DNA of 63,031 nt, counting the filler, from Octopus bimaculoides (taxonomy: Eukaryota): the NCBI RefSeq assembly GCF_001194135.2. It is 7 parts of 5 records of this genome, joined end to end, with 100 filler letters (N's around TTAATTAATTAA, not from the genome) between each part and the next. Parts side by side here need not be neighbours in the genome. Positions count along the whole stretch, not along the records: positions 9,443 to 30,563 come from NC_068982.1; 6 more parts are not named here. The stretch is one strand, 5' to 3'. Every line of letters starts with the position of its first letter. Position 1 is the stretch's first letter. This document shows positions 11,949 through 23,640 of this stretch, one piece after another. The notes beneath the pieces are model-generated. The model was not told the DNA's origin. It made no database searches and saw nothing but the letters and a program-made list of their open reading frames with translations. The position numbers and the translations under genes were made by a program.

Positions 11949-12722
11949 NNNNNNNNNNNNNNNNNNNNNNNNNNNNNNNNNNNNNNNNNNNNNNNNNNNN
12001 NNNNNNNNNNNNNNNNNNNNNNNNNNNNNNNNNNNNNNNNNNNNNNNNNNNNNNNNNNNNNNNNNNNNNNNNNNNNNNNNNNNNNNNNNNNNNNNNNNNN
12101 NNNNNNNNNNNNNNNNNNNNNNNNNNNNNNNNNNNNNNNNNNNNNNNNNNNNNNNNNNNNNNNNNNNNNNNNNNNNNNNNNNNNNNNNNNNNNNNNNNNN
12201 NNNNNNNNNNNNNNNNNNNNNNNNNNNNNNNNNNNNNNNNNNNNNNNNNNNNNNNNNNNNNNNNNNNNNNNNNNNNNNNNNNNNNNNNNNNNNNNNNNNN
12301 NNNNNNNNNNNNNNNNNNNNNNNNNNNNNNNNNNNNNNNNNNNNNNNNNNNNNNNNNNNNNNNNNNNNNNNNNNNNNNNNNNNNNNNNNNNNNNNNNNNN
12401 NNNNNNNNNNNNNNNNNNNNNNNNNNNNNNNNNNNNNNNNNNNNNNNNNNNNNNNNNNNNNNNNNNNNNNNNNNNNNNNNNNNNNNNNNNNNNNNNNNNN
12501 NNNNNNNNNNNNNNNNNNNNNNNNNNNNNNNNNNNNNNNNNNNNNNNNNNNNNNNNNNNNNNNNNNNNNNNNNNNNNNNNAACTTAAGTATTGTATTTCA
12601 TATTTTTGTGTAATGTAATAATTACAGCTTTTCATTTAGTGAGTAATATAGAGTGCTGTTATCTATGTAGTTATGGTGACTTGAAAAACTGCTTTTGTAA
12701 TAAATTACCTATTCTAGTAACC

Positions 12723-12723
<1 letters not shown>

Positions 12724-12753
<30 letters not shown>

Positions 12754-12765
12754 GATGATGATGAC

Positions 12766-12819
<54 letters not shown>

Positions 12820-12915
12820 GACGACGACGAAGATTAATGGTGATTGTGGTGGTGGTAGTAATGTGGATGGTGGTGTTGGTGGTGGTGGTGGTGGTGGTGG
12901 TCAGTATTATTATTA
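12724..12915. repeat. Compound (GAT)n/(GGT)n/(TTA)n microsatellite
   Basis: Direct reading. Confidence 0.95.
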
Positions 12916-12924
12916 TTTTTTAAA

Positions 12925-13085
12925 CCTTTGTACGCTATGCATACGTCCCTTCTTTTTCAGTGTACACCGTGTATACTTACATTCTTTTCTTTTTTGTATC
13001 ATTTCTTATGTGTAAACCCCAACACTTCATGTCTGTCTTTGTATTGTCTCCCTCACCCTTCGCCCTTGTGGCAAATAAATGAAAT
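12925..13085 (+). mobile_element. 3' UTR/tail of an unclassified LINE
   Basis: Homologous to the reverse complement of 30880-31050. Ends TTGTGGCAAATAAA followed by a (TCA/TTA)n tail. Confidence 0.6.
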
Positions 13086-13109
13086 CATTATTATCATTAT
13101 CATTCATCG

Positions 13110-13525
13110 TTTCCTTTCATTATAACTTTATTTCAGCTGCCTTAGTACCGGGCATCCTCCGGAGGCCAAGAGTAGCAAGGGCACTTTTGTTTTGCTATGC
13201 ATGCTAAAATTATCACCACATTTATTCCATTTTACATGGAGATTGCCTTCCGTAGTATATGGGCTGTACTCATCAAGGTTATCTTTTGTAGTTCACGGAG
13301 ACTGGAGTTACCAGGGAGTTGCTTAATATACTTCTCAGCTCCCTTCTTTATCATTCCCAACGCACCAATTACTATTAGTATTATTGTAGTAATAAGCTTC
13401 CACATTTTTGTGATATCAATTTTCAGATCTTTATAGTGAGAAAGCTTTTCGTATTCCTTTCTTGAGACATTTTGATCTTGTGAGACAGACATGTCTATTA
13501 ACAGACAAGTTCCTCTCTTGTAGTC
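13110..13525 (-). mobile_element. R4/Dong-clade LINE 3' fragment
   Basis: KEYEKLSHYKDLKIDITKMW...IVIGALGMIKK...ELQKITLMSTAHILRK, then 3' UTR and microsatellite tail. Confidence 0.9.
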
Positions 13526-13619
13526 CTTGATTACAATGTCTGGTCGATTAGAGTCAATTTTTCAGTCTGTTTGTATTGGGAAGTTCCAAAGGATGGTGAC
13601 GCCCTCGCCATTTACTACA

Positions 13620-13784
13620 TCCTCTGGATGGTGCTTTATTCCGTCTTTACGTTCTAAATTCAAATCCAGCGGGGCCCACTTTACCTATCATCCTTCGAAG
13701 GTCGATAAGATAAGTACCAGGGTTAATGTAATCGACAAGTCAGTTCCCTCTCCGAACTTGTTGGCTCTGTGCCAAAATTTGAAA

Positions 13785-13785
<1 letters not shown>
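13620..13785 (+). mobile_element. SINE family A, 5'-truncated
   Basis: CCGTCTTTACGTTCTAAATTCAAATCC...GGTCGATAAGATAAGTACCAG...TGTGCCAAAATTTGAAA. Confidence 0.75.
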
Positions 13786-13912
<127 letters not shown>

Positions 13913-14215
13913 GAATGCGAGAACAGCGCATGCCATCGAAGTGACACTGGAGTACAAACATACAAAGCCCAATATACCCATCATGACTACTCGTCTGATA
14001 AGGGTACACCAGACATGTGCATCACAACCGTATGTGCGCGACATGGTTATCTAATATCAAGATAAACAGCGCATGACCTTGCAGGTAGGACACGGTTAGA
14101 ATTTTCTTCAGGTTGAGTGGCCCACCCTGCTCAAAAGGTCCCTGAATAAGATTTGTTTAAGGATGATGAACAAAACACCCATGTTTCCTGAGGTGAATTA
14201 TTCAAACCTCAAAGA
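13913..14215 (-). mobile_element. Unclassified retroposon-like repeat with trinucleotide tail (sister copy 36502-36748, +)
   Basis: Reverse complement matches 36502-36748 (CTTATTCAGGGACCTTTT...GGTGTACCCTTATCAGACG...GATGGCATGC.CTGTTCTC). Both copies end in trinucleotide microsatellites. Confidence 0.7.
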
Positions 14216-14289
14216 ATTCTTCTCAACACATGGCTATGTTGCTCTCCCATTAATCTGCATGTTTGTTGTAATCACATGTCGAGATACAC

Positions 14290-14650
14290 CCAGCACCCTA
14301 GGGCAAGTGAAGGATAAGAGATGTTACGGTATAACTAAAAGCTTGGAGAGGGGAAGTGGTAGAGGCAATAATGAAATATTTCCATGTAATACAATACAGA
14401 CATTTTCAATTAATAGGGTTTTCCTAAGGATGTGAGCAGTGCTTGTCACCACAATCGTCCGGATTTCTCTGAGACATCGTTCTTCTGGGATGTTGTCTAG
14501 AGGTTTTTGTCATCCCTTTTTTATCATACATATTTACATATTTTCCAGTGTAAATACTGTCCTACACTATTGTGGTGATTTTTGTATTCGTTTGCTGTGA
14601 GTACAGGACATCCTGAAACAAGTTGGTCTATTGTTTAATCGAATGTGTCC
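14290..14650 (-). mobile_element. R4/Dong-clade LINE 3' fragment, internally deleted
   Basis: Minus strand gives DQLVSGCPVLTANEYKNHHNSVGQYLHWKICK joined to REIRTIVVTSTAHILRK. Confidence 0.75.
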
Positions 14651-14724
14651 CAGAATCTACATTCAGGGTCAGTACCGTTTTGCAGAGCGTTATTATTATC
14701 ATTATCATTATTATTATTGTTCAG

Positions 14725-15460
14725 TAGTTTTATTTTTATAACGTGCTTTTACTTCACTACCGAGCGCAGCTCTGTGTGCCTTGGGTATGTGCTGTGGTTT
14801 GCTGTGATGCTCTTATGGTTACTGTATTGAATGTGTTTTGCGTAGGATGTGTGCAGTGCCCAGTAGTGCAATTTTCTGTATGTTATATATATTTGTAAGT
14901 CCTGGTGTTTTTGTTATGTATTTGTCTGAATATTTTTTTATTATACCTAAGGCACCCACTATGATAGGAATTGTTTCTCTTTTTAGATTCCACATTCGAG
15001 TTACCTCTATTTCCAGGTCTTTGTATTTTGAAAGTTTTTCCATTTCTTTTAGGGAAACGTTGTCATCTGCTGGTATTGATACATCANNNNNNNNNNNNNN
15101 NNNNNNNNNNNNNNNNNNNNNNNNNNNNNNNNNNNNNNNNNNNNNNNNNNNNNNNNNNNNNNNNNNNNNNNNNNNNNNNNNNNNNNNNNNNNNNNNNNNN
15201 NNNNNNNNNNNNNNNNNNNNNNNNNNNNNNNNNNNNNNNNNNTTAGAAAGCATTTTTTTTTCTTCATGATCTTTGACAATTATATCTGGTATATTTGCCT
15301 TAATTTCTCTATCTGTGTGTATTGGCATATCCCAGAGTATGGTTGCTTTCTCGTTTTCTGTGACCTTTTCTGGCGTGTGTTTATACCATTTTTTTTCTGT
15401 TGCTATTCCATAGTGTTGGCATAGCTTCCAGTGTATATAGGTCCCAGCTCTGTCGTGTCT
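14725..15460 (-). mobile_element. R4/Dong-clade LINE 3' fragment with 3' UTR, gap inside
   Basis: RHDRAGTYIHWKLC...ILWDMPIHTDREIKANIPDII...EKLSKYKDLEIEVTRMW...LLGTAHILRK. (TAA)n-type repeats on both sides. Confidence 0.9.
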
Positions 15461-15487
15461 GTGAACTATTATCATTATTATTATTAT

Positions 15488-15549
<62 letters not shown>

Positions 15550-15559
15550 CTGTTGATGA

Positions 15560-15880
15560 TGAAGATTTACCTCAGGTTCGTTCTTATTCCTGGTAGAATT
15601 TATGTGCGTAGCGGGTTACCATAACCATTTCAATAGTCTTTCAAGTTCCTAGAACTCTCCTGGTAATATATCCGGTCCCCAAGAGGCAAACTTTCTGTAG
15701 AATCTCTACAAGGCATTTTATTCCAATTGTCTATATCTTTATTTACAGTTCTCAATGCACCAATTATTACCGGCACAACCTTTATAGTTTTCATACTCCA
15801 GATTCTTGCAATTCTAATTTTAAGGGCTAGTATTATTGTTTCATCCTCTTTCTTTACAATCCTGGTTTCAAACGGACAAT
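15560..15880 (-). mobile_element. R4/Dong-clade LINE 3' fragment, diverged
   Basis: LKIRIARIWSMKTIKVVPVIIGAL. (CAT)n tail. Confidence 0.7.
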
Positions 15881-16016
15881 TAGTAAGCAACTTAACTTTC
15901 ACTTTCACTTGTTCATTGGTGTTATGTCTGGCTTGTTATTTTCTAGCTTCTTATACGTTTGAATACGAAAATCCCATGAAATTTTGCATTTCTCCGACTC
16001 CAGCATATTATTATTA

Positions 16017-16227
16017 TTGAGTTGGCAGAATCGTTAGCACACCGGGCGAAATGCTTAGCGGTATTTCGTCCGTCGCTACGTTCTGTGTTCAAATTCCACT
16101 GAGATCGACTTTGCTTTTCTTCCTTTCGGGGTCGATAAATTAAGTACCAGTGAAACACTGGGGTCGATGTAATCGACTAGTCCCCTCCCCACAAATTTGA
16201 GGCCTAGTGCCTCCAGCAGAAAGGTTT
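16017..16227 (+). mobile_element. SINE family A
   Basis: Well-preserved head and central module, TTA tail. Confidence 0.9.
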
Positions 16228-16250
16228 ATTATTATTATTATTATTATTAT

Positions 16251-16305
<55 letters not shown>

Positions 16306-16346
16306 TGTAGTAGTAGTAGTATATTTCACTTAGGTAAAAGTGTATA

Positions 16347-16558
16347 CGAGGAGAGGCTGAAAAGATTCTGGCTTTGGGCAAAAGAAAATACAGGAAGATC
16401 AGTTAATTATGATTTTATTGAACATATTCCCAGATTCACAGACTCATTGCAGCAGTCCTTCAGCTTTTCTAAGCCCTGTAAAAGAACTCAGATGGTTAGA
16501 CCTCCAACCAGGCCTTTCGCGACACTCTTAAAGCTAGGAACTTTTCAGCACACCCTCG
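16347..16558 (-). mobile_element. mariner-derived MITE (212 bp) with TA TSDs
   Basis: Imperfect TIRs CGAGGAGAGGCTGAAAAGATTCTGGCTTT / AAAGCTAGGAACTTTTCAGCACACCCTCG, TA on both sides. Internal minus-strand remnant EKLKDCCNESVNL resembles the mariner C-terminus. Confidence 0.8.
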
Positions 16559-17101
16559 TATATGTTTTACTTATTTGCTTAAGTAATGCACTGAATAATC
16601 TATCGCTGTAATTATCTGGTTGCTTGTATTGTCTGTATATGCGTGTCAGCCAAATAAACAACGTAGTTGTGAATAACGATGTAAATTGGTGATAATGTGT
16701 ATTTGTCTATACTAATATGACGCCACGCTTTGATGGGGTGGACTAAGTCACTTGTTTTCTGTTTATTGTTATATCTGTTATTATGTAATTCATTATATCT
16801 CTTAATGCGTGTTTGCGGTCGTTTATGGTCTATGTGTATGTGTCTTGTTGAGTGGTGTATCTATAACCGGAACTATGGATGTGGCTTAGCCTACAATTAG
16901 GATAGTAAATATATATTATTCTCGTACGCGCCTTGTGTATGTATACGTTTGTATTTGTGTTAGCAGTTCTTTGTGTTTATGCAGCACTGAATTTAAATGT
17001 GAAGGTCACAGGGTGTGTTAAACTTTATAGCGATATATTATGCCTTCCCTGATTGGTTCATATCAACTACATTCCAAATGCTCTTAAATTTGTTACAAAT
17101 A

Positions 17102-18280
17102 TGTAGTGAAACTAACACCTCGATCGCCATTACATACGAAACTACCTATCGCCATTAGATACAAAACTACTATCGCCATTACATAAAATCTTCTCATTTA
17201 AATATAAACAAACGCGGGCGTAGCGGAGAACCCATCTCCTTGTCATCACGTGACTGATTATTATTTGAAGCGGCAACTTCTTCGAACCGTTCCCGCCAGA
17301 ACGCAAACTGACCAATCACGGCCCCTAATAAGGTCACGTGATAGAGTATTTTTCTGAAGCATTCGGGAGCCGATAATTCGCTATAGATAGGGCAACTCAT
17401 ACCCAGCAAATTTGTCTCGGTTCGGTTTCTCTTTGAGATCTGTTCCGTGTACCACACGACAGCAGCAGCAACAATCAGCCAGCGACCACTTCAACAGCTT
17501 CGTCCAACGATGACCACCGCCGTCGCCACATTCAGCAACACGAGTCTACGACTACTAACCAGCATCATCGTCATGACCAACACGATTCTACGATTACTAC
17601 TANNNNNNNNNNNNNNNNNNNNNNNNNNNNNNNNNNNNNNNNNNNNNNNNNNNNNNNNNNNNNNNNNNNNNNNNNNNNNNNNNNNNNNNNNNNNNNNNNN
17701 NNNNNNNNNNNNNNNNNNNNNNNNNNNNNNNNNNNNNNNNNNNNNNNNNNNNNNNNNNNNNNNNNNNNNNNNNNNNNNNNNNNNNNNNNNNNNNNNNNNN
17801 NNNNNNNNNNNNNNNNNNNNNNNNNNNNNNNNNNNNNNNNNNNNNNNNNNNNNNNNNNNNNNNNNNNNNNNNNNNNNNNNNNNNNNNNNNNNNNNNNNNT
17901 AAGAACTGGTATAAATGCTCACGTGTTATTGACTCTCTTTCTATCTGCTGTAATAACTCACATACACATACATGTATCACTCACATACATACTTTTCTTT
18001 GTACGACGGCCTGTCTTTGATTATGTTTTTATATGTAGCATTCACACTCTCACACAGACATACACTCTTAACGCCATAATAAATATCTCTGTTATTCATC
18101 TAATACGGTTGTGGTCTTTCATTACTGGTCATCTATGTTATCGTAGCATAACATATTTTGTATATCATCTCTGATATATTATTTTGTGTTCGACCGTGTG
18201 ATACGTTTAAATAAAAGGAGTCCTCTGTTTTTCCATTCGTCACCATTCCTCCTTTTTGAGTTCGCACGGTCGTCCTTACA
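17102..18280 (+). mobile_element. Solo LTR (TGTAGT...TTACA), 4-bp TSD AATA; gap inside
   Basis: TG...CA termini, with AATA at 17098-17101 and 18281-18284. Homologous to 50702-51145 at both ends. AATAAA at about 18210. Confidence 0.85.
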
Positions 18281-18424
18281 AATATAACTTACTGATCTCT
18301 GCTTCGATTTGTTTGTAATATGATACCTCAAGGCATGGATATCTAGCTTTGTCATATGGAATACTTTTCATTTTTGATTTCTTATTTTATTTCATATTAT
18401 TTATTTTTATTATTACACCTAAAC

Positions 18425-18862
18425 CTAAGGTGGTTAGCTAGCAGAATCGTTAGCACGCCGGGGAAAATGTCCAGCAACATTTCGTCCGTCTTTTACATTC
18501 TGAGTTCAAGTTCCGCCGAGGTTGACTTTGCCTTCCATTCTTTCGGTGTCGATAAATTAGGTACCAATGAAACACTGGAGATCGATGGAATCGACTAGTA
18601 CCCTCTCCCAAATCAAAATTTCAGGCGTTGCGCCTTTAGTAGAATGATTATTGCATTTAAATTTAAGGCGGTTAGCTGGCAAAATTGTTACCATACCGGG
18701 CAAAATGCTTAGCAGCATTTCCTCCATCGTCACTTCTGAGTTCAAATTTCCCCGAGGTCAACTTGCCCTTTCATCCATTCAGGGTCAATAAAATAAGAAT
18801 CAGTTGAGCACTGGGGTCGATGTAATTGACTAACATTCTCTTGTACCAAAATTTGAAACCAT
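18425..18862 (+). mobile_element. Two tandem SINE family A copies (about 18425-18650 and 18662-18862)
   Basis: Two successive heads ..GGTTAGCT(A/G)GCA(G/A)AAT(C/T)GTTA.., each with the central module. Confidence 0.85.
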
Positions 18863-19303
18863 TACTATATCTAAACCTACTTTTGGAAAAAATATTGTTT
18901 TCCGTATCCTATTCATTATTTCTAGANNNNNNNNNNNNNNNNNNNNNNNNNNNNNNNNNNNNNNNNNNNNNNNNNNNNNNNNNNNNNNNNNNNNNNNNNN
19001 NNNNNNNNNNNNNNNNNNNNNNNNNNNNNNNNNNNNNNNNNNNNNNNNNNNNNNNNNNNNNNNNNNNNNNNNNNNNNNNNNNNNNNNNNNATATATATAG
19101 CCAACAGATGAGATCCAGAGATTCCTGTTATAGAAGACATTTAGTAGCGCTCAAATGATTCGAACTTTACGAGGGAGCGATTCCGCGGGGTAAAGAGTGG
19201 CTATAAGTGGAATCAAGTTGAGCAGATGCTCAATGGAGGCAATTATGCGGAAAAACAAATTAAAAATAACAGCTTTGGTTTGACACACAAAATATATTTA
19301 TTT

Positions 19304-19455
19304 GGCTGTGTGGTAAGAAACTTGCCTCTCAACCATATGGCTCCTGGTTCAGTCTCACTGCGTAGCACCTAGGGCAAGTGTCTTCTACTATAGCCTAGTG
19401 GCCGACCAAAGGCTTGTGAGTGGACTTAGTAGACTGAAACTGAAATAAGTCCGTC

Positions 19456-19554
<99 letters not shown>

Positions 19555-20165
19555 TGTGTGTGTGTAAGCGTAATGGTCCAGTGGTTAGGTCAGCGGACTC
19601 GCGGTCGTAGGATCGCAGTTTCGATTCCCAGACTGGGCGTTGTGAGTGTTTATTGAGCGAAAACACCTAAAGCTCTACGAGACTCCGGCAAGGGGTGGTA
19701 GCGAACCCTGCTGTACTCTTTCACCACAACCTTCTCTCACGCTTTCTTCATGTTTCTGTTGTTTCTGTATTTCAAAGGGTCAGCCTTGTCACACTCTGTG
19801 TCAACATGAATCTCCCCAGGAACTACGTTAAGGGAACACGTGTCCGCGGAGTGCACAGCCACTTGCACGTTAATTTCGCGGGCAAGCTCTTCCATTGATT
19901 GGATGAACTGGATCCTTCGTCGTCGTAACCGACGGGGTACCTCGATATATATACTTATGCGTGTGTGTGTCTGTGTTTGTCTCCCCCCAATCGTCGCTTG
20001 ACAACCGATGTTGGTGTGTTTTTGTCCCCATAACTTCATGGTTCGGCAAAAGAGACCGATAGAATAAGTAGTAGGCTTACAAAGAATAGTCAACTAAAGC
20101 CCTTTAAGGTGGTGCTCCAGCTTGGCTACAGTCAAATGACTGAAGCATATAAAAGAATAAAAGAA
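19304..20165 (+). mobile_element. SINE family B split by a nested family C SINE
   Basis: Head 19304-19460, (GT)n, insertion 19567-19942, tail 19945-20165. Confidence 0.85.
19567..19942 (+). mobile_element. tRNA-derived SINE, family C
   Basis: A-box TGGTCCAGTGG and B-box GTTTCGATTCC. Colinear with 32245-32640. Confidence 0.9.
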
Positions 20166-20346
20166 TATATATGTATGCGTGCAAACAGAAAGAAAGCAAA
20201 GACTTTCAGACTTTCAGACGATGACTATTTAAGTATAAATATATTGATATTTATATTGAAAGATGAAACTTACAAGAGTGTGTGTGTGTGAGTGTGTGCG
20301 CGCGCGCGTATGTGTGTGGTGTACATACATGAATACATACATATAA

Positions 20347-20384
<38 letters not shown>

Positions 20385-20575
20385 GAGAATATACGAAAAA
20401 ACAACAACAGACGAGGACAGGTGGTGTAAATAACAAAAGGATGTATTAGTATGACGCTCGGGAATACGGAAAGTCTTTGACGTTTCGAGCTACGCTCTTC
20501 AACAGAAAGAATACGGAGACAAGGAGAAAAACACGGAGAAAAAAAATTGAATAGTGTCCAGTCAACGATCAATCA
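20385..20575 (-). mobile_element. Short element carrying a hammerhead-like motif (20474-20510)
   Basis: Minus strand TCTTT-CTGTTGA-A-GAGC-GTA-GCTC-GAAAC-GTC-AAAGA. Sister copies at 11715 and 45925. Confidence 0.7.
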
Positions 20576-20581
20576 TATATA

Positions 20582-20840
20582 TGTGAAGGTGCATGGCTCA
20601 GTGGTCAGAGCATTGGGCTTACAATCATGAGGTAGTGAGTTCGATTCTTGGCCCGGGTTGTGTTGTGTTTTTGAGCAAGACACTTTATTTCACGTCGCTG
20701 GTGCCAAGCTGCATCGGCCTTTCCCTTGGACAATGGAGAGAGGAGGCTGGTGCGCATGGGTGACTGCTGGTCTTCCAGAAACAACCTTGCCCAGTCATGT
20801 TCCTCAGGGGATAACTTTTTAGGTGAATCCCTTCATGATC
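20582..20840 (+). mobile_element. tRNA/CORE-type SINE, family D
   Basis: TGGCTCAGTGG...GAGTTCGATTC head, CORE-like TTGAGCAAGACACTTTATTTCAC. Confidence 0.75.
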
Positions 20841-21278
20841 GAAGGTTTTTTTTTTAACCTTTTATTTACTTGTATATATGTTATTGCAGGAAAACAACGC
20901 TCAATCCTAAATAATTGCGCACCCGTATGCGTATGCGTGAATGAACTCGATTAATGTCTCAGTATTTTCATAATTATGTTACTAGAAAGTATTGGAAGCT
21001 CTAGTTTTATTTCAATATTAACCTATCCAATATTATAATCTATATGCAATATGAATGACACGAAAGAAATTGTGCAGCCAAGCATAACGAGCGTTGTACC
21101 GGTCACACCCAAATTATATTCGTAGTTAATGGAGCGGAAAAGACCTATTCTTTGTTATTTATTATTCAGTCTATAAAAGCCAACTTTGCAGTCTTTATTA
21201 AATTGAAATTTAATAGACAGATTAATGGATAAACAGACAGACCGGCAGACAGACAGACGAACAGACAGACGAACAGGC

Positions 21279-21321
<43 letters not shown>

Positions 21322-21334
21322 TAGATAGATAGAG

Positions 21335-21367
<33 letters not shown>

Positions 21368-21714
21368 NNNNNNNNNNNNNNNNNNNNNNNNNNNNNNNNN
21401 NNNNNNNNNNNNNNNNNNNNNNNNNNNNNNNNNNNNNNNNNNNNNNNNNNNNNNNNNNNNNNNNNNNNNNNNNNNNNNNNNNNNNNNNNNNNNNNNNNNN
21501 NNNNNNNNNNNNNNNTACCAATAGAGAATATGTCAGTTTTGATCTAAAGAATCAGGCTCTATCATTAAAATTAGAAACTGGGACATCAACTATATAGTCA
21601 CATGTATGTGTTTGTTACACCTGTTTGTTTTCCTATACCTTTTAATGCACTTTTTACGGGTTAAACGTTTGATATATTTAACAAATTTTCAGTTTCATAA
21701 TGGATAGTAAAAGT

Positions 21715-21970
21715 AAAATAAGTACGCCCTTTTAAAGCCTAGCCAGGCTCATGGGCCCGGTTTCCCGGTTTCAATGGCGTATGTGTTCCCCAGCTGGATG
21801 GGACGCCAGTCCATCGCAGCGTTACTCATTTTTGCCAGCTGAGTGGACTGGAGCAACGTGAAATGAAGTGTTTTGCTCAAGAACACAACGCGTCGCCCGG
21901 TCCAGGAATCGAAACCACAATCTCACGTTCATGATGTTGACACCCTAACCACTAAGCCACGCGCCTCCAC
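21715..21970 (-). mobile_element. tRNA/CORE-type SINE related to family D, with V-domain-like segment
   Basis: Minus strand GGCGCGTGGCTTAGTGG...GTTTCGATTCC...TTGAGCAAAACACTTCATTTCAC...TGCGATGGACTGGCGTCCCATCCAG. Confidence 0.75.
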
Positions 21971-22424
21971 AATTAATGGATAGTAGTGCACTTAAATCAC
22001 GTGTTAAGGTCACCTCTACAGATTTTCTATAGAAACTATAACCAGCACTGACTTTGTTACGACGTTTCGTATCCGAGACGTTAGATGTAAACAAACAATG
22101 AGATCGAAGATGAAAAGATGGGTAAATGCCGTAGGTACCATATTTCGGGAGTTTTTTGCTTCTTCATCAGCACCCATTTAACCCATTTATCCACGATCTC
22201 ATTGCTCAAATAGCCACTACATATAGAATAGATTGTAGTTGTAATTTTATTAACCATGGCCTTTCTGGTTTTCAGATCCCAGTAGTAGTAGTATGTATGT
22301 CATTCAATTTTATTTCAAGATTTCTTGCCAATACAGAAAGAGACGGTTTCTAACCTAGATCCAAGGCTCCTTCATTGGAATTTCAACATCAGCAGGATAT
22401 TTTTGTATGTATGTATGTATATTT

Positions 22425-22797
22425 TTATTTTGCTTCAGTCATTTGACTGCGGCCATGCTGGGGCACCGCCTTTAGTCGAGCAAATCGACCCCAGGACTTA
22501 TTTTTTGTAAGACTAGTACTTATTCTATCGGTTTCTTTTTGCCGAACCGCTAATGTTACGAGGACGTANNNNNNNNNNCACAAACACACAAACATATACA
22601 CACACACATACATATATATATATATACATATATACGACGGGCTTCTTTCAGTTTCCGTCTACCAAATCCACTCACAAGGCTTTGGTCGGCCCGAGGCTAT
22701 AGTAGAAGACACTTGCCCAAGATGCCACGCAGTGGGACTGAACCCGGAACCATGTGGTTGGTAAGCAAGCTACTTACCACACAGCCACGTGCAGATT
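22425..22797 (-). mobile_element. SINE family B, well preserved
   Basis: Full tail and head on the minus strand. Confidence 0.9.
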
Positions 22798-22849
22798 TGT
22801 ATATTTTATCTTAAGCATGTAGTTCATGCATATAGTTGCATATCTAGAT

Positions 22850-23640
22850 ATGCTCGTATATACTTAAATGATAAACTTATGGAAAGATTTACGGATTTTT
22901 ACAGTTTCAATGATTGCTTGGATCTGTAGTCTTTGAATCAGCTTTCTCCTTTCTAGTTTTGAGAAATCTAATCTCTCAAGATTAGTATTTAGGCAGTGTG
23001 TTATATGTCTCAGTGTCCCAATAATTACAGGTACAAACCTAAACTTGTAATCTAGGTAGAGTAAATGTAGATTTCTCAATAGTTCAGCGTAGGTATTTTC
23101 TTTTTTCGCTGATCGTTAAGCTTTATTTTAACAACCTCTGGGCAGTTAATTTTCACAACTATATACATTCTGTTCCCATCCCTAATCACTATGTCAGGTC
23201 TATTATGTTTACTTTTTATTGAGGTCTTCACTGGGACATTCCACCAGTACACCTTTTTACTAAGAATGGCAATGGCTTCTACCATACTGTGGGTTCTTAT
23301 TTCTTTGGCCTCGGAGTTATCCTTCTGACGGTTCTCATTATACAGCGTCCTAGTTACAACATCACGTCTCATCGGTAGATTATACCGTGATGACATTTTC
23401 GGACAACTGCTCATAAAGTGGTTGATATCTTCAGTATTTACTCCACACAATCTGCATTGGTTGTCACATTTTGCTGCTTTTCCTGCGTCTCTGTCCCTTT
23501 TGTGCATAAGGTATTTTGTTGATGCTTCCTGTTCTGGATTGCAAACTCATTCCCTTCAAACTGGGAATAAGTAATCCAGTTGTTGGCTCATGATAGATTA
23601 CTTTGATAATCAATGTTATTATCATCCCAGAGCTTTCTAC
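22850..23640 (-). mobile_element. R4/Dong-clade LINE 3' fragment (zinc knuckle + REL endonuclease)
   Basis: CRLCGVNTEDINHFMSSCPKM...WWNVPVKTSIK..HNRPDIVI...FRFVPVIIGTL. Confidence 0.85.

Noticed and set aside
16607-17097. Possible additional solo LTR (TGTAAT...TTACA)
   Set aside because: Flanks (TCGC versus AATA) give no TSD and there is no second copy in the window. Not supportable.
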